From an uncultured Deferribacteres bacterium (GTDB lineage: Bacteria; Zhuqueibacterota; JdFR-76; BMS3Abin05): a stretch of 64,000 bases of DNA. The DNA is taken from contig CAZOHG010000002.1 in assembly GCA_964579725.1 (NCBI GenBank), forward strand, positions 30,890 to 94,889, written 5' to 3'. How positions within the stretch are numbered: the stretch's first letter is position 1; each line of letters opens with the position of its first letter. A model generated the notes under the pieces. That model saw nothing but the letters and a program-made list of their open reading frames with translations. It was not told the DNA's origin and searched no databases. Below are positions 37,805 to 47,379 of this stretch, piece after piece. The position numbers and the translations under genes were made by a program.

Positions 37805-38415
37805 CTGTAGGTCTCCTCTGTATTAGGCATGCCATCAGGAAAAATAAATTGACAATAGTTTACAAAAATAAGGAGAATGAATCAAGCGAAAAATGGAAGA
37901 TCGGGAGCAAGGAGGGGCAGAAAACACAGAGCTCCAGCAGCACCCGTGTTTTTATTCCTTGCATTTTGAAAGCGTGGAAACCATCGGCCGAAAGCGCTAT
38001 TTCAATTACATTTTCCGCACCGGACTTTAGCACGTACCGTCCGCCAAACACATTGCATAATCTCTGCGGACCTTTAAAATGTAGGGCATTGTCCCGGGAA
38101 ACCAAGGCCATAATGCCTCTTGCCGTGATAATGCCTTCTTTTTCAAGTATCCTTTTTTGCCTCAAGCATGGTTTGCAAATCATTCGTCAGGCACCGGCGG
38201 ACTTCCAAATAGACCCTGTCAATCGTCAAATATTTCCGCAATTCCTTTAGGCTTCGCTTCCGTGCAGTAAACCGCTACTTTAAAATGCTGATAAGCAAAA
38301 CCCGATTTAAAGGCGATGAATAAAAAAACATCGAAAACGAAAAAAGAAATTTTCGCATAACTCCCTTTCAAAATAAATTTGAAGTAATTTAATGCTTCCG
38401 CCCGACTCTTTCGAC

Positions 38416-38955
38416 TTACGCACTTTCGGATTCCAAAATATCTTTAAAATGAATAATTTCTGCTAAAAAGCGCTTCTCAAAATGTGCTGATTCTGTTTTT
38501 AACTTCGTCCGTTCATTCAAATTGAATAAAAAACCGATGGATGGGCGATATTTCTCCAAAGAACTTCGGTAGGAACGAGTAATGGAAGCATCACGCATTT
38601 TAACTTCACTGGGAATGACCTGCCCGTTGATTTGCAGAACAAAGTCGACTTCGGATTTTCCTTTTGTGCACCAGAAGTTAGCATTAAAGCCTTGCTTTAA
38701 TAGTTCTTGTAAAACAAATGATTCATAAAGTACCCCTAAATCCGCGCGTTGTTGCAAAAAATTATTCAAAACAATATTGCGCAATCCGTTATCGAGAAAA
38801 TACAATTTAGGGTTCTTAATGATTTCCAATTTTTTGTTCGAAAGATATGTTTCAATCAATGTAATGATAAACATGTTCCGAAAAATAAACAGTAAGCGTT
38901 TAACTTCGGCAACGGATATTCCGGCCTCTTTGCTGAAGCTCATGAAGTTCATCAA
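38416..38955 (-). pseudogene. N-terminally truncated fragment of an AAA_14/DUF4143-family ATPase (DUF4143 part only)
   Basis: The translation matches the DUF4143 C-terminal region of ATP-binding proteins (KLYFLDNGLRNIVLNNF...VDFVL). The frame hits a TGA 15 codons upstream of the TTG start, so no AAA domain is present. Confidence 0.55.
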
Positions 38956-39253
38956 ACTTCCGCCACGGCCTACAAACGGCCTGCTGACAATAGTTTTTCA
39001 CAAAAATGGTTCCCCCTTGCCAGAGAATCAATGGTGGGAGAAAAAACAAATTTGTCCACGCAACACCCAAGGTTAGGCTTCAGATCAACCACAGCAATAA
39101 ACAGGATGTTCAGGAGATGTGTTTTCGCCCCCGCTTAGAGTTGAATCTGGCTGAACAGCAAAAATAAAATCATTACCATGAGTTTCAACATTTTTCTTTA
39201 CCTTCGAAGGCCGAATGAACGGCAAGCCACCCGATTTTTTCTCTCACTGCTCC

Positions 39254-41572
39254 TTATTTTACCAATTCAAAACGCGCCTTTAGCATGTGGGGATCGGCTG
39301 AGGATTCACCCACCATAATCGTAAACCAACCGGGCTCCACCCAATAATGGGCGTCGGCGTCGTAAAATCCCAATTTTTGCGGGTCAAGCGTAAAGGTTAC
39401 GGATCGTTGCTCGCCCGATTTCAGAAAAATCCGTGCAAATCCCTTTAATTCTTTGACCGGCCGCGTGTACGACGACACCTCATCCCGAATGTAAAGTTGA
39501 ACGATCTCGCTGCCGGCCCACTTGCCGATATTTTTAACCGAAACTGTTGCGGTCAGTTTTTGTTTTTTTGTGATTTTCGTGGCGCTCAATTTGAGTCCGG
39601 AAATCACAAATCGGGTGTAACTCAACCCAAACCCAAAGGGGAAAAGCGGCGTTGCTTTTTCGTCGATGGTACGGTGAATGTACATGGAGGGCTTGTAATT
39701 GTACACCATTTGAATTTGCCCCTCGCAGCGCGGAATCGTGACAGGCAGTTTCCCGGAGGGGTTGACCCGACCAAAAATCACTTCCGCAACAGCCCGTCCG
39801 CCCATTTCGCCGGGCTCCCAGGCTTCAATTAAGGCATTGACGTTTTCGGCGATCCAGGGAACTCCCAATGGGCGGCTATTGACCAAAACCACTACGCAAG
39901 GTTTTCCGGTGCGTTGAATCGCCTTCACCAATTGCCTCTGTTTTCCAAATAAACGAATGTGCGCCCGATCCACATTTTCACCACTGGTTTTTTGCTGATT
40001 CAGGAGTTGCAAGGAACGGCTTCCTACCACCACAATAGTCAAATCCGCCTGTTTCGCCAATTCTCCAGCCTTTTTAATTTGGCTGTCCTTCATGTGAAAA
40101 AGGTCTTCGCCGGAATTGAAAAAAGTGACCGTGGCTTTTGGTCCGGCCACCTGCTGCACACCTTCGAAAATGGTGATCACATTTTCCGCAGGTTGCGGAA
40201 GTGACCAATCCCCTAAAATGGAGTGGTTGTTGGCATTGGGACCCGTTATTAGAATTTTCATTCCTTTTTTTAGGTGAATGGGTAACAAACCGTCGTTTTT
40301 CAGAAGCACAATGCCCTCTCGAGCCGCTTTCAACGCCCATTGCCGGTGCTCCTTTGTCTGGACTCGTAAGGGAATTTTTTTCACGTCCACAAAACGATGT
40401 TCAAAAAGGCCCAGGCGGAATTTCGCTTTGAGAATAGCGCGTACCGCTTTATTAATCCGACTTTCCGGGATCTTTCCAGATTGAACCAACTGCACAACGC
40501 CTTTCGCAAATCCCGGGCCGTGCATGTGCATATCCACTCCGGCATGAACCGCCAGTCGGTAAGCGTCCTGCATGCTGGGAACCACGTGGTGAACATTGTA
40601 CAGACGCTCAATGTCCATCCAGTCACTCACCACAAATCCGTGAAATCCCATCCGCTTACGGAGGATATCGGTCAAAAGGTACCGATTTCCATGGCAAGGT
40701 AAACCTTCGATTTCATTGTGCGCTGCCATGATTGTGTACACACCGGCATCCACCGCCGCTTGAAAAGGGGGCAGAAAAATATCAAACAACGTTTTTCGGG
40801 AGATATCCGTCGGGGCAGCGTTGGCCCCATTCAAGGATTCCCCACCACCCACCATGTGTTTGGCACACGCAATGACCCGTTCCTCCGCCGTGGGGTTTTC
40901 TTTTTGCAATCCGAGAATCATGGCCACTCCCATTTGCGACACCAGGTAGGGGTCTTCTCCAAACGTCTCCCCTGTGCGCCCCCAACGGGGATCGCGCACC
41001 ACATCCACATTGGGTGTAAATGACCAGTGCATGCCCTCCGCTCGCATTTCAATGGCCGTTTGACGCCCGATCTCCTTGACCAACGCAGGATCCCACGTGG
41101 AAGCCAATGTAATAGGGGTAGGGTAAACGGTGGCACCCTGTACCAAACAATTCCCGTGGATTGCGTCAATTCCAATTAAAAGGGGTATTTTTAACCGACT
41201 TTGAAGCGCCAGTTTTTGCAATTGATTGGCCTCAGTAGCCGTCACCACATGGAGAAAGGACCCCACCCGCCCTTCTTTTACCAAATTCATGACGTCTTTC
41301 GGACTCAAATTGCGGTAAAAACCGTGGGCATCGTCCACATTTAATTTGCGTCCCAATTTCATTCGAGCCACTTCGCGTTGATGCTCCAGTCCCACATACT
41401 GGCACATTTGCCCCACTTTTTCTTCCAGGGTCATACGCGCCAATAAATCGTCCAATCGCTTTTCGAGAGGAAGTTTTGCATTCAAATAAGCCGGCCTTTT
41501 TTGCGCGGCCTGTATTTCGGGGCTCAAGATTAAAATCACCCCTAAAATTAGGATTTTCCATTTTCCCTTCAT
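39254..41572 (-). CDS. GH3 beta-glucosidase, periplasmic
   Basis: A signal peptide is present. The GH3 N-terminal domain carries the nucleophile motif GFHGFVVSDWMDIERL. The GH3 C-terminal and FnIII-like domains follow. Confidence 0.85.
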   Translation of the reverse strand: MKGKWKILILGVILILSPEIQAAQKRPAYLNAKLPLEKRLDDLLARMTLEEKVGQMCQYVGLEHQREVARMKLGRKLNVDDAHGFYRNLSPKDVMNLVKEGRVGSFLHVVTATEANQLQKLALQSRLKIPLLIGIDAIHGNCLVQGATVYPTPITLASTWDPALVKEIGRQTAIEMRAEGMHWSFTPNVDVVRDPRWGRTGETFGEDPYLVSQMGVAMILGLQKENPTAEERVIACAKHMVGGGESLNGANAAPTDISRKTLFDIFLPPFQAAVDAGVYTIMAAHNEIEGLPCHGNRYLLTDILRKRMGFHGFVVSDWMDIERLYNVHHVVPSMQDAYRLAVHAGVDMHMHGPGFAKGVVQLVQSGKIPESRINKAVRAILKAKFRLGLFEHRFVDVKKIPLRVQTKEHRQWALKAAREGIVLLKNDGLLPIHLKKGMKILITGPNANNHSILGDWSLPQPAENVITIFEGVQQVAGPKATVTFFNSGEDLFHMKDSQIKKAGELAKQADLTIVVVGSRSLQLLNQQKTSGENVDRAHIRLFGKQRQLVKAIQRTGKPCVVVLVNSRPLGVPWIAENVNALIEAWEPGEMGGRAVAEVIFGRVNPSGKLPVTIPRCEGQIQMVYNYKPSMYIHRTIDEKATPLFPFGFGLSYTRFVISGLKLSATKITKKQKLTATVSVKNIGKWAGSEIVQLYIRDEVSSYTRPVKELKGFARIFLKSGEQRSVTFTLDPQKLGFYDADAHYWVEPGWFTIMVGESSADPHMLKARFELVK

Positions 41573-42383
41573 CTCTTTTCCTCTGTTTTTTTCCTGTCAA
41601 CTGTTGTTTTGTTCTTTTTTGGGAATGGCGGTGGCGTTTCTACCTACCGCAACAAAAGCATTTTTCGAACCCTCTAAAAATTACGGCCTTGAAGCACAGC
41701 GAAATAACCGCCGGATGCCACTTTTTGCCCGAAATCGTCCCGTGCCTTCCATCTGAGTATGTGCGAACCGGGAGAGTGTATTCCGTCCATTTTTCCGGAT
41801 GGCCCCGTCAAATAGTGTTGCCCCCTCTCCCCGTGAGTCAATTTCCACCGAATCGTTGGGTCGGTAAAATCTTAGTACATTGATGGAATCGGAATCCCAA
41901 CAGGCCAGGCGGGGGCCAAAAAATCGAAATCTTCCGTTTGAATTGTGGCCGGCAACGGCCAGGGTTAGCCTGCAAACCGACGCTGGTTGGTCAGTACATT
42001 GAGTCGTTTTTCGTCCCAGCTTTCCAATCGCCGGCAGTAAACATATTTGTTGGATTCCGGGGCAGCATCCCAGATAGTGAAGGCAAAACCGCATCGGATG
42101 GCTCCGTTTGCCATAAGAGCGAGGGGCGAACGGCGTTCACGCTGACACAAAGTTCACCTAAAAGAATCGGCTTGTTGTGTCTCGTTGGGTGATTTTGGGC
42201 AAGGCGGATTGCCGCGACGTTTGTGCGCGGGCCGATTTCAGCCAACTCCTTTGAAGTAAAAAGAAAACCAAGACGAAAAAAATCTTCGCATTTTCTTTTG
42301 ACCGCTCGTCCGCTCCGCCGTTTTACAGGGAGTTCCCGACTTGCCTGAAAAAGCCTGGTTGGTTGCCTTTGGGCCTGGTGGGC

Positions 42384-43298
42384 TTTTCCCTAAAATTTCA
42401 CCTTAAACGACCGAATGGCGTTGTGGCCGATGGAAAATTCAAAGGTCCGGCCGGAAAACGGCACCACCCCCTGCTCGTCCTCAATCAAATTCACCTCCGT
42501 GATCCGAACCGGCGTCCGGAAAAAGTGCACCCGGACACGCGTGTCCTTGCCCTGCCACTCGTAAAACCGAAAAATAACCCCGTCCTGCGACTCCGCTTCC
42601 TTCAACGCCGCCAAAATTACCGTCCGCGGCTCCACCTGTACAAACGAAAACTCCGGCGGCAGCGCCCCCTTGTGCGACGACGCCCGCACCGCCAACAACG
42701 GGACGTTGTACTCGTACCCCCGTAGCACCGTCTCCCCGTCCCGCCAATCCCCCGCATGCCCGTACAACGCGTACCGAAACCGATTCACCCCCCTGTCCGC
42801 CGTCGGATCCGGACTCAACGGCGACCGCAACAGCGTTAACCGAAGCGTGTGCCCGTTCGGCGTGTCGTACCCCTGCTTCACATGGTTCAATAAACTCACC
42901 CCGTAATCCGGCCCCGATAAATCCGCCCAATTCTGCGCCGAATCCTCAAACCGAGCCCTGTCCCACGAATTCGACCGCCCCGTCGGCCGCTCTATCGTCG
43001 CGTACGGAATCTCGTACGTCGCCTCCTGACTCTGAACCGACAACGGAAACGCCGCCTTCGCCAACACGTGATCCTCCCACCAATCCACCGTCATCTCACA
43101 ATCCGCCCACGGCAAATCCCGGTACACCGTCACATCCTGCGTGAAAAACGACGAAGGAAAATCCTTCGTCGGATACCGCCGCGACTTCGACGGCCCTAAA
43201 AAACTCTTCTTCACCCGAATCACCGCCCGAACCGGCCCGCGCTCTTTCACAAAAACCGTGTCCGCCCGGTCAATCTCCCACCGCTTGCCCGTGTACCC
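42384..43298. repeat. 915-bp nucleotide-perfect repeat, copy A (3' third of GH38 paralog 1 plus ~6 bp past the stop)
   Basis: It aligns base-for-base with 46465-47379 at a 4081-bp offset. Identity ends abruptly at 43299/47380. Over the next ~60 bp identity is ~85 %, and then it drops to typical paralog divergence. Confidence 0.85.
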
Positions 43299-45239
43299 AA
43301 TGTTCCAGGCATCGTTGCGCTTGGGAATGTCCTGGAAAAGCTGGAGGCGATTGCCTTCCTGCCCCTTTTCCAACAATTCTTTTTGGTGTTGTTTGTCAAA
43401 AACCTCCACCCAATTTCCCGTTTTGGGGTCCACTTTAAGACGCAGGAAGCGGTTTTCCAACTGAAAACCCTTTACGGAAACCCCTTTGTCCTCGGACAGC
43501 TTGGAAGTCGGTTGAACAAAATAAACCCGGTAACCCAGAGCCGGCACATTTTTGGCCACAAATAAAAGCGTGTCGTCTTTCGGAGAAACGACCCACTGGC
43601 TGAGCAATTTTCTTCCGGCCGGATCGCGCACAACCACAGGGCCAGGATTTTGGGTGTAGGGAATTTTGACCAAACCGTTGCGCGGCCAGGACAAGGTGTT
43701 AAAGACCACAATGGGTTGTCCCTTTCCCCGAGTTCGAACCGAAGCTGCAATCGCCTCAAGCCCCGAATGAAGTTGGGCATTTCCCTTTTTCCCCACCTTT
43801 TGGTAGTCCTCCATGGCATCCTGGTAAACAGGGGTAATACTGGAGCCCGGTAAAATGTCGTGAAATTGATTAAACAAGTAGAGCCACCAGGCTCGCACTA
43901 TGGCTGCTTTTTGGTACACCTTTTTTCCCAGGAGTTCGGCCAGCGTTGAGACTTTTTCGGCGTTGGTTAAAAGAATTTCTTTTTCGCGGTTGTTGCGCTT
44001 AATTTCGCCGTGCGTTGTGTACGTGCCGCGGTGAAGCTCAAAATACAACTCATCCCGCCAAACGGGCAGATCGCTTAAATTGCTGTTGAACAGCGCCTGG
44101 AAAAAATCGTCGGCAGAAGCCAGCACAATTTTAGGAAATACCTCCGCCGTCTGAGAAAACCGAATGGTGCGCAAAATTTCACGTTCGGGGCCGCCGCCGT
44201 GGTCACCCGTTCCAAACGGAACCCCCACTACGGTACGCCCGGTATTCGCCAGGTTCATTCGGACGGCCGCCAGGAGCAAACCGAAGTAATCATCCTCGTC
44301 CGGGTCAACAAACGGGAAATACGTCAAAACGCGGGAACCGTCGGGAGCCTCCCACCAGAAAAGATGGTAGGGAAATACATTGGTGTCATTTCGATTGATT
44401 TTCAGGGTCAAAAAGCCGCGCACGCCGCTCCGTTTGAGAAACTGCGGCATATTCCACGTGTACCCAAACGAATCCGGATTCCATCCCAAATCCACATCCA
44501 CGCCAAATTTACGGCGAAAATAGTGTTTCCCGTAAAGATACTGCCGCGCCCAGGATTCTCCCCCGATTAAGTTGCAATCCGATTCAATAATTGTTCCCCC
44601 GACAATATTCCATCGCTTTTGTTTCACCCGTTCCCGAATCTCCTTGAAAACGGCGGGGTAGTCATCTTCCATCCACTTGAAAAATTGAGCGGAACTCTCG
44701 GTGAATTTGTATTCAGGGAATTCGTTCATGAGGTCTAACTGCGTTTTGAATGTGTTTCGACACACGTCAACCGTTTCGCGCCAGCGCCACAGCCAGGCGG
44801 CGTCAATGTGGGACTGTCCCACCAAATAAATGGTAAACTTCTTTGCGTAGGCCGCAACCGGTTGAAGCATTTTCCGGGCCTCGGCCAGGGATTTTTGAAA
44901 CACAGCCCAGTCGCCCCGTTGGGCGGCTCGTACATTCACGGTCTGAACCGCCTGCTCGAACAGCGGCCTCAGTGCTTCGCGTTTGGCCTCTTCCTGAAGT
45001 GCCAGGTCCACGTAAAAGGGTTGATTTCGAAAAAAACGTTTGGTGTCCGCTAAGAGCATCTTGGCCGCACGTAAGCTAATCCGAAACCGATTGAGATCGG
45101 TTTGTACCGCCTGTGGGGCGTCAATTTTCTGATTCGAAAACAGAAGCGTGGCTTGGGTGAGGGAGTCGTCCGCCTTCACCGGTACATTCAAGGCCACCGC
45201 TGCCGTGACCAAAACAACAAGAATTCGAAAAACCTTCAT
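42390..45239 (-). CDS. GH38 alpha-mannosidase, paralog 1 (secreted)
   Basis: The GH38 N-terminal catalytic motif is GQSHIDAAWLWRWRETVDVCRNTF. A signal peptide is present. The protein is 949 aa. The C-terminal ~305 aa are identical to paralog 2. Confidence 0.85.
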   Translation of the reverse strand: MKVFRILVVLVTAAVALNVPVKADDSLTQATLLFSNQKIDAPQAVQTDLNRFRISLRAAKMLLADTKRFFRNQPFYVDLALQEEAKREALRPLFEQAVQTVNVRAAQRGDWAVFQKSLAEARKMLQPVAAYAKKFTIYLVGQSHIDAAWLWRWRETVDVCRNTFKTQLDLMNEFPEYKFTESSAQFFKWMEDDYPAVFKEIRERVKQKRWNIVGGTIIESDCNLIGGESWARQYLYGKHYFRRKFGVDVDLGWNPDSFGYTWNMPQFLKRSGVRGFLTLKINRNDTNVFPYHLFWWEAPDGSRVLTYFPFVDPDEDDYFGLLLAAVRMNLANTGRTVVGVPFGTGDHGGGPEREILRTIRFSQTAEVFPKIVLASADDFFQALFNSNLSDLPVWRDELYFELHRGTYTTHGEIKRNNREKEILLTNAEKVSTLAELLGKKVYQKAAIVRAWWLYLFNQFHDILPGSSITPVYQDAMEDYQKVGKKGNAQLHSGLEAIAASVRTRGKGQPIVVFNTLSWPRNGLVKIPYTQNPGPVVVRDPAGRKLLSQWVVSPKDDTLLFVAKNVPALGYRVYFVQPTSKLSEDKGVSVKGFQLENRFLRLKVDPKTGNWVEVFDKQHQKELLEKGQEGNRLQLFQDIPKRNDAWNIGYTGKRWEIDRADTVFVKERGPVRAVIRVKKSFLGPSKSRRYPTKDFPSSFFTQDVTVYRDLPWADCEMTVDWWEDHVLAKAAFPLSVQSQEATYEIPYATIERPTGRSNSWDRARFEDSAQNWADLSGPDYGVSLLNHVKQGYDTPNGHTLRLTLLRSPLSPDPTADRGVNRFRYALYGHAGDWRDGETVLRGYEYNVPLLAVRASSHKGALPPEFSFVQVEPRTVILAALKEAESQDGVIFRFYEWQGKDTRVRVHFFRTPVRITEVNLIEDEQGVVPFSGRTFEFSIGHNAIRSFKVKF

Positions 45240-45425
45240 TTCTGCTCCCGATTTTTTTTGCCTTTCACCTTCCTCTTAAGCGCAATGAGAAGGGAAATAT
45301 CTTCACATTTTTCTCTCATTAAAAATATGCTTCCGTTCCAGCTGTCATTCCGAACGGCCAATTTTCCCCCTGTTTTTAGCAGACGGAAAAATAAAATTTT
45401 TTCGCGCGACTTTCAAGCCCCCTTT

Positions 45426-46427
45426 TTAGTAAAAGAAAACCGGACGCGAATCGGTGGAAATCCGTTTTCCATTCGGTGAATAAACATTAAGCCGGACAAA
45501 CAGCATATTGTTTTTCACGCCGTATTTTTTCACGTCCACCAATTTTCGGGGAAGAAATTCTTTGTGCAAAACCGATTTTTTCCGCATGTTCAAAGAAAGA
45601 TCAAACAACGTGGCCACCGGCTTCCCCTGTTCCGTTTCCAGGATCACCTTGACGGGGATCTTTTCGGGTCCAAGGGGCATTTCAGCATCCGAACGGAGGG
45701 TTACTTCCCACACGCGCTGTTGACCTTTCGGCACCAAGACGGTGGCCACGCGAATGCTTTGAGCGTCAATGGAAAGAACTCGTTTGGACGGCAAATTACC
45801 CGGAATCATGATCTGTAAATTTTTTAAGGGGCGATCCCTCATGTCCGTAAAACGAAGGCAAAAACGCCAATCTCCACCCCCCTGGTCAATCTTGACTAAC
45901 AGAAAATTTATCCCTTTGTGCAATGTGACCGGGACAACATCGTTGTCGCGTTGCATGCCCCGCTGGGCTGGATTGTCGTGCACAAGCTTTCCGTTCAGCC
46001 AAATGCGCACGCCGTCGTCACTGCCTACCTTCAGCAAAACACGCTGTTTTTGGGGTGATTTCAACCAACCCGCGGCGTAGGCCGCCACCCGATCTCCGGG
46101 TGAAAAAATGGATTTAAAATCAATCCGATAGGTGGCAGAAAGAAAAAGCTGCCACACGGTGTTGTTGGATTTTTGAAGCGAATCCACCGAAATCGGGCCA
46201 ATGGTTTTAAACGTGTACACCTTGGTTTCTCCCCCTTGTTTGGCCAGGAAATCCACCGTCCGGTCTTCCAGCGTTCTCAGAGGAAACGGACCGCGAACAA
46301 GCCACGTTGTAATAAACCCCTCTGAATTAGGGTGAAAAGCCAGGGTTTTGGGCTTGTTTTTGGCCCCGGCGCTTCCGACCGCTACGACCAGCAAAAAAAC
46401 AATAACAAGAACGGATCGCGTTTTCAT
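45426..46427 (-). CDS. Secreted PA14-like domain protein
   Basis: A signal peptide is present. The motif is VGSDDGVRIWLNGKLVHDN ... LLVKIDQGGGDWRFCLRF, which is a PA14-type carbohydrate-binding beta-sandwich pattern. It lies between the two GH38 genes, 43 bp downstream of paralog 2. Confidence 0.55.
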   Translation of the reverse strand: MKTRSVLVIVFLLVVAVGSAGAKNKPKTLAFHPNSEGFITTWLVRGPFPLRTLEDRTVDFLAKQGGETKVYTFKTIGPISVDSLQKSNNTVWQLFLSATYRIDFKSIFSPGDRVAAYAAGWLKSPQKQRVLLKVGSDDGVRIWLNGKLVHDNPAQRGMQRDNDVVPVTLHKGINFLLVKIDQGGGDWRFCLRFTDMRDRPLKNLQIMIPGNLPSKRVLSIDAQSIRVATVLVPKGQQRVWEVTLRSDAEMPLGPEKIPVKVILETEQGKPVATLFDLSLNMRKKSVLHKEFLPRKLVDVKKYGVKNNMLFVRLNVYSPNGKRISTDSRPVFFY

Positions 46428-46464
46428 TGAAGACTCCTGTTTTGTTTTGAAAATAAGGGTTGTT

Positions 46465-47379
46465 TTTTCCCTAAAATTTCACCTTAAACGACCGAATGGC
46501 GTTGTGGCCGATGGAAAATTCAAAGGTCCGGCCGGAAAACGGCACCACCCCCTGCTCGTCCTCAATCAAATTCACCTCCGTGATCCGAACCGGCGTCCGG
46601 AAAAAGTGCACCCGGACACGCGTGTCCTTGCCCTGCCACTCGTAAAACCGAAAAATAACCCCGTCCTGCGACTCCGCTTCCTTCAACGCCGCCAAAATTA
46701 CCGTCCGCGGCTCCACCTGTACAAACGAAAACTCCGGCGGCAGCGCCCCCTTGTGCGACGACGCCCGCACCGCCAACAACGGGACGTTGTACTCGTACCC
46801 CCGTAGCACCGTCTCCCCGTCCCGCCAATCCCCCGCATGCCCGTACAACGCGTACCGAAACCGATTCACCCCCCTGTCCGCCGTCGGATCCGGACTCAAC
46901 GGCGACCGCAACAGCGTTAACCGAAGCGTGTGCCCGTTCGGCGTGTCGTACCCCTGCTTCACATGGTTCAATAAACTCACCCCGTAATCCGGCCCCGATA
47001 AATCCGCCCAATTCTGCGCCGAATCCTCAAACCGAGCCCTGTCCCACGAATTCGACCGCCCCGTCGGCCGCTCTATCGTCGCGTACGGAATCTCGTACGT
47101 CGCCTCCTGACTCTGAACCGACAACGGAAACGCCGCCTTCGCCAACACGTGATCCTCCCACCAATCCACCGTCATCTCACAATCCGCCCACGGCAAATCC
47201 CGGTACACCGTCACATCCTGCGTGAAAAACGACGAAGGAAAATCCTTCGTCGGATACCGCCGCGACTTCGACGGCCCTAAAAAACTCTTCTTCACCCGAA
47301 TCACCGCCCGAACCGGCCCGCGCTCTTTCACAAAAACCGTGTCCGCCCGGTCAATCTCCCACCGCTTGCCCGTGTACCC
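46465..47379. repeat. 915-bp nucleotide-perfect repeat, copy B (3' third of GH38 paralog 2)
   Basis: See copy A. The identical overlapping antisense ORFs in the track (46562..47011 equals 42481..42930 and so on) confirm nucleotide identity. Confidence 0.85.

Noticed and set aside
37860-38183. A 107-aa minus-strand ORF downstream of the DUF4143 fragment.
   Set aside because: It has no RBS and no recognisable family. It lies on the wrong side of the fragment to be its missing AAA domain. I treated it as noise within the decayed region.
42363-42930. Long ORFs inside the GH38 repeat on the antisense and alternative frames, duplicated at 46348..47011 (42363..42725 +, 42481..42930 -, 42670..42906 +). 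They encode Arg/Pro/Gly-rich low-complexity proteins.
   Set aside because: They lie entirely within a confidently assigned GH38 coding region. Their composition is the expected by-product of the extreme C/G strand bias of that block. They are identical in both copies only because the DNA is identical.
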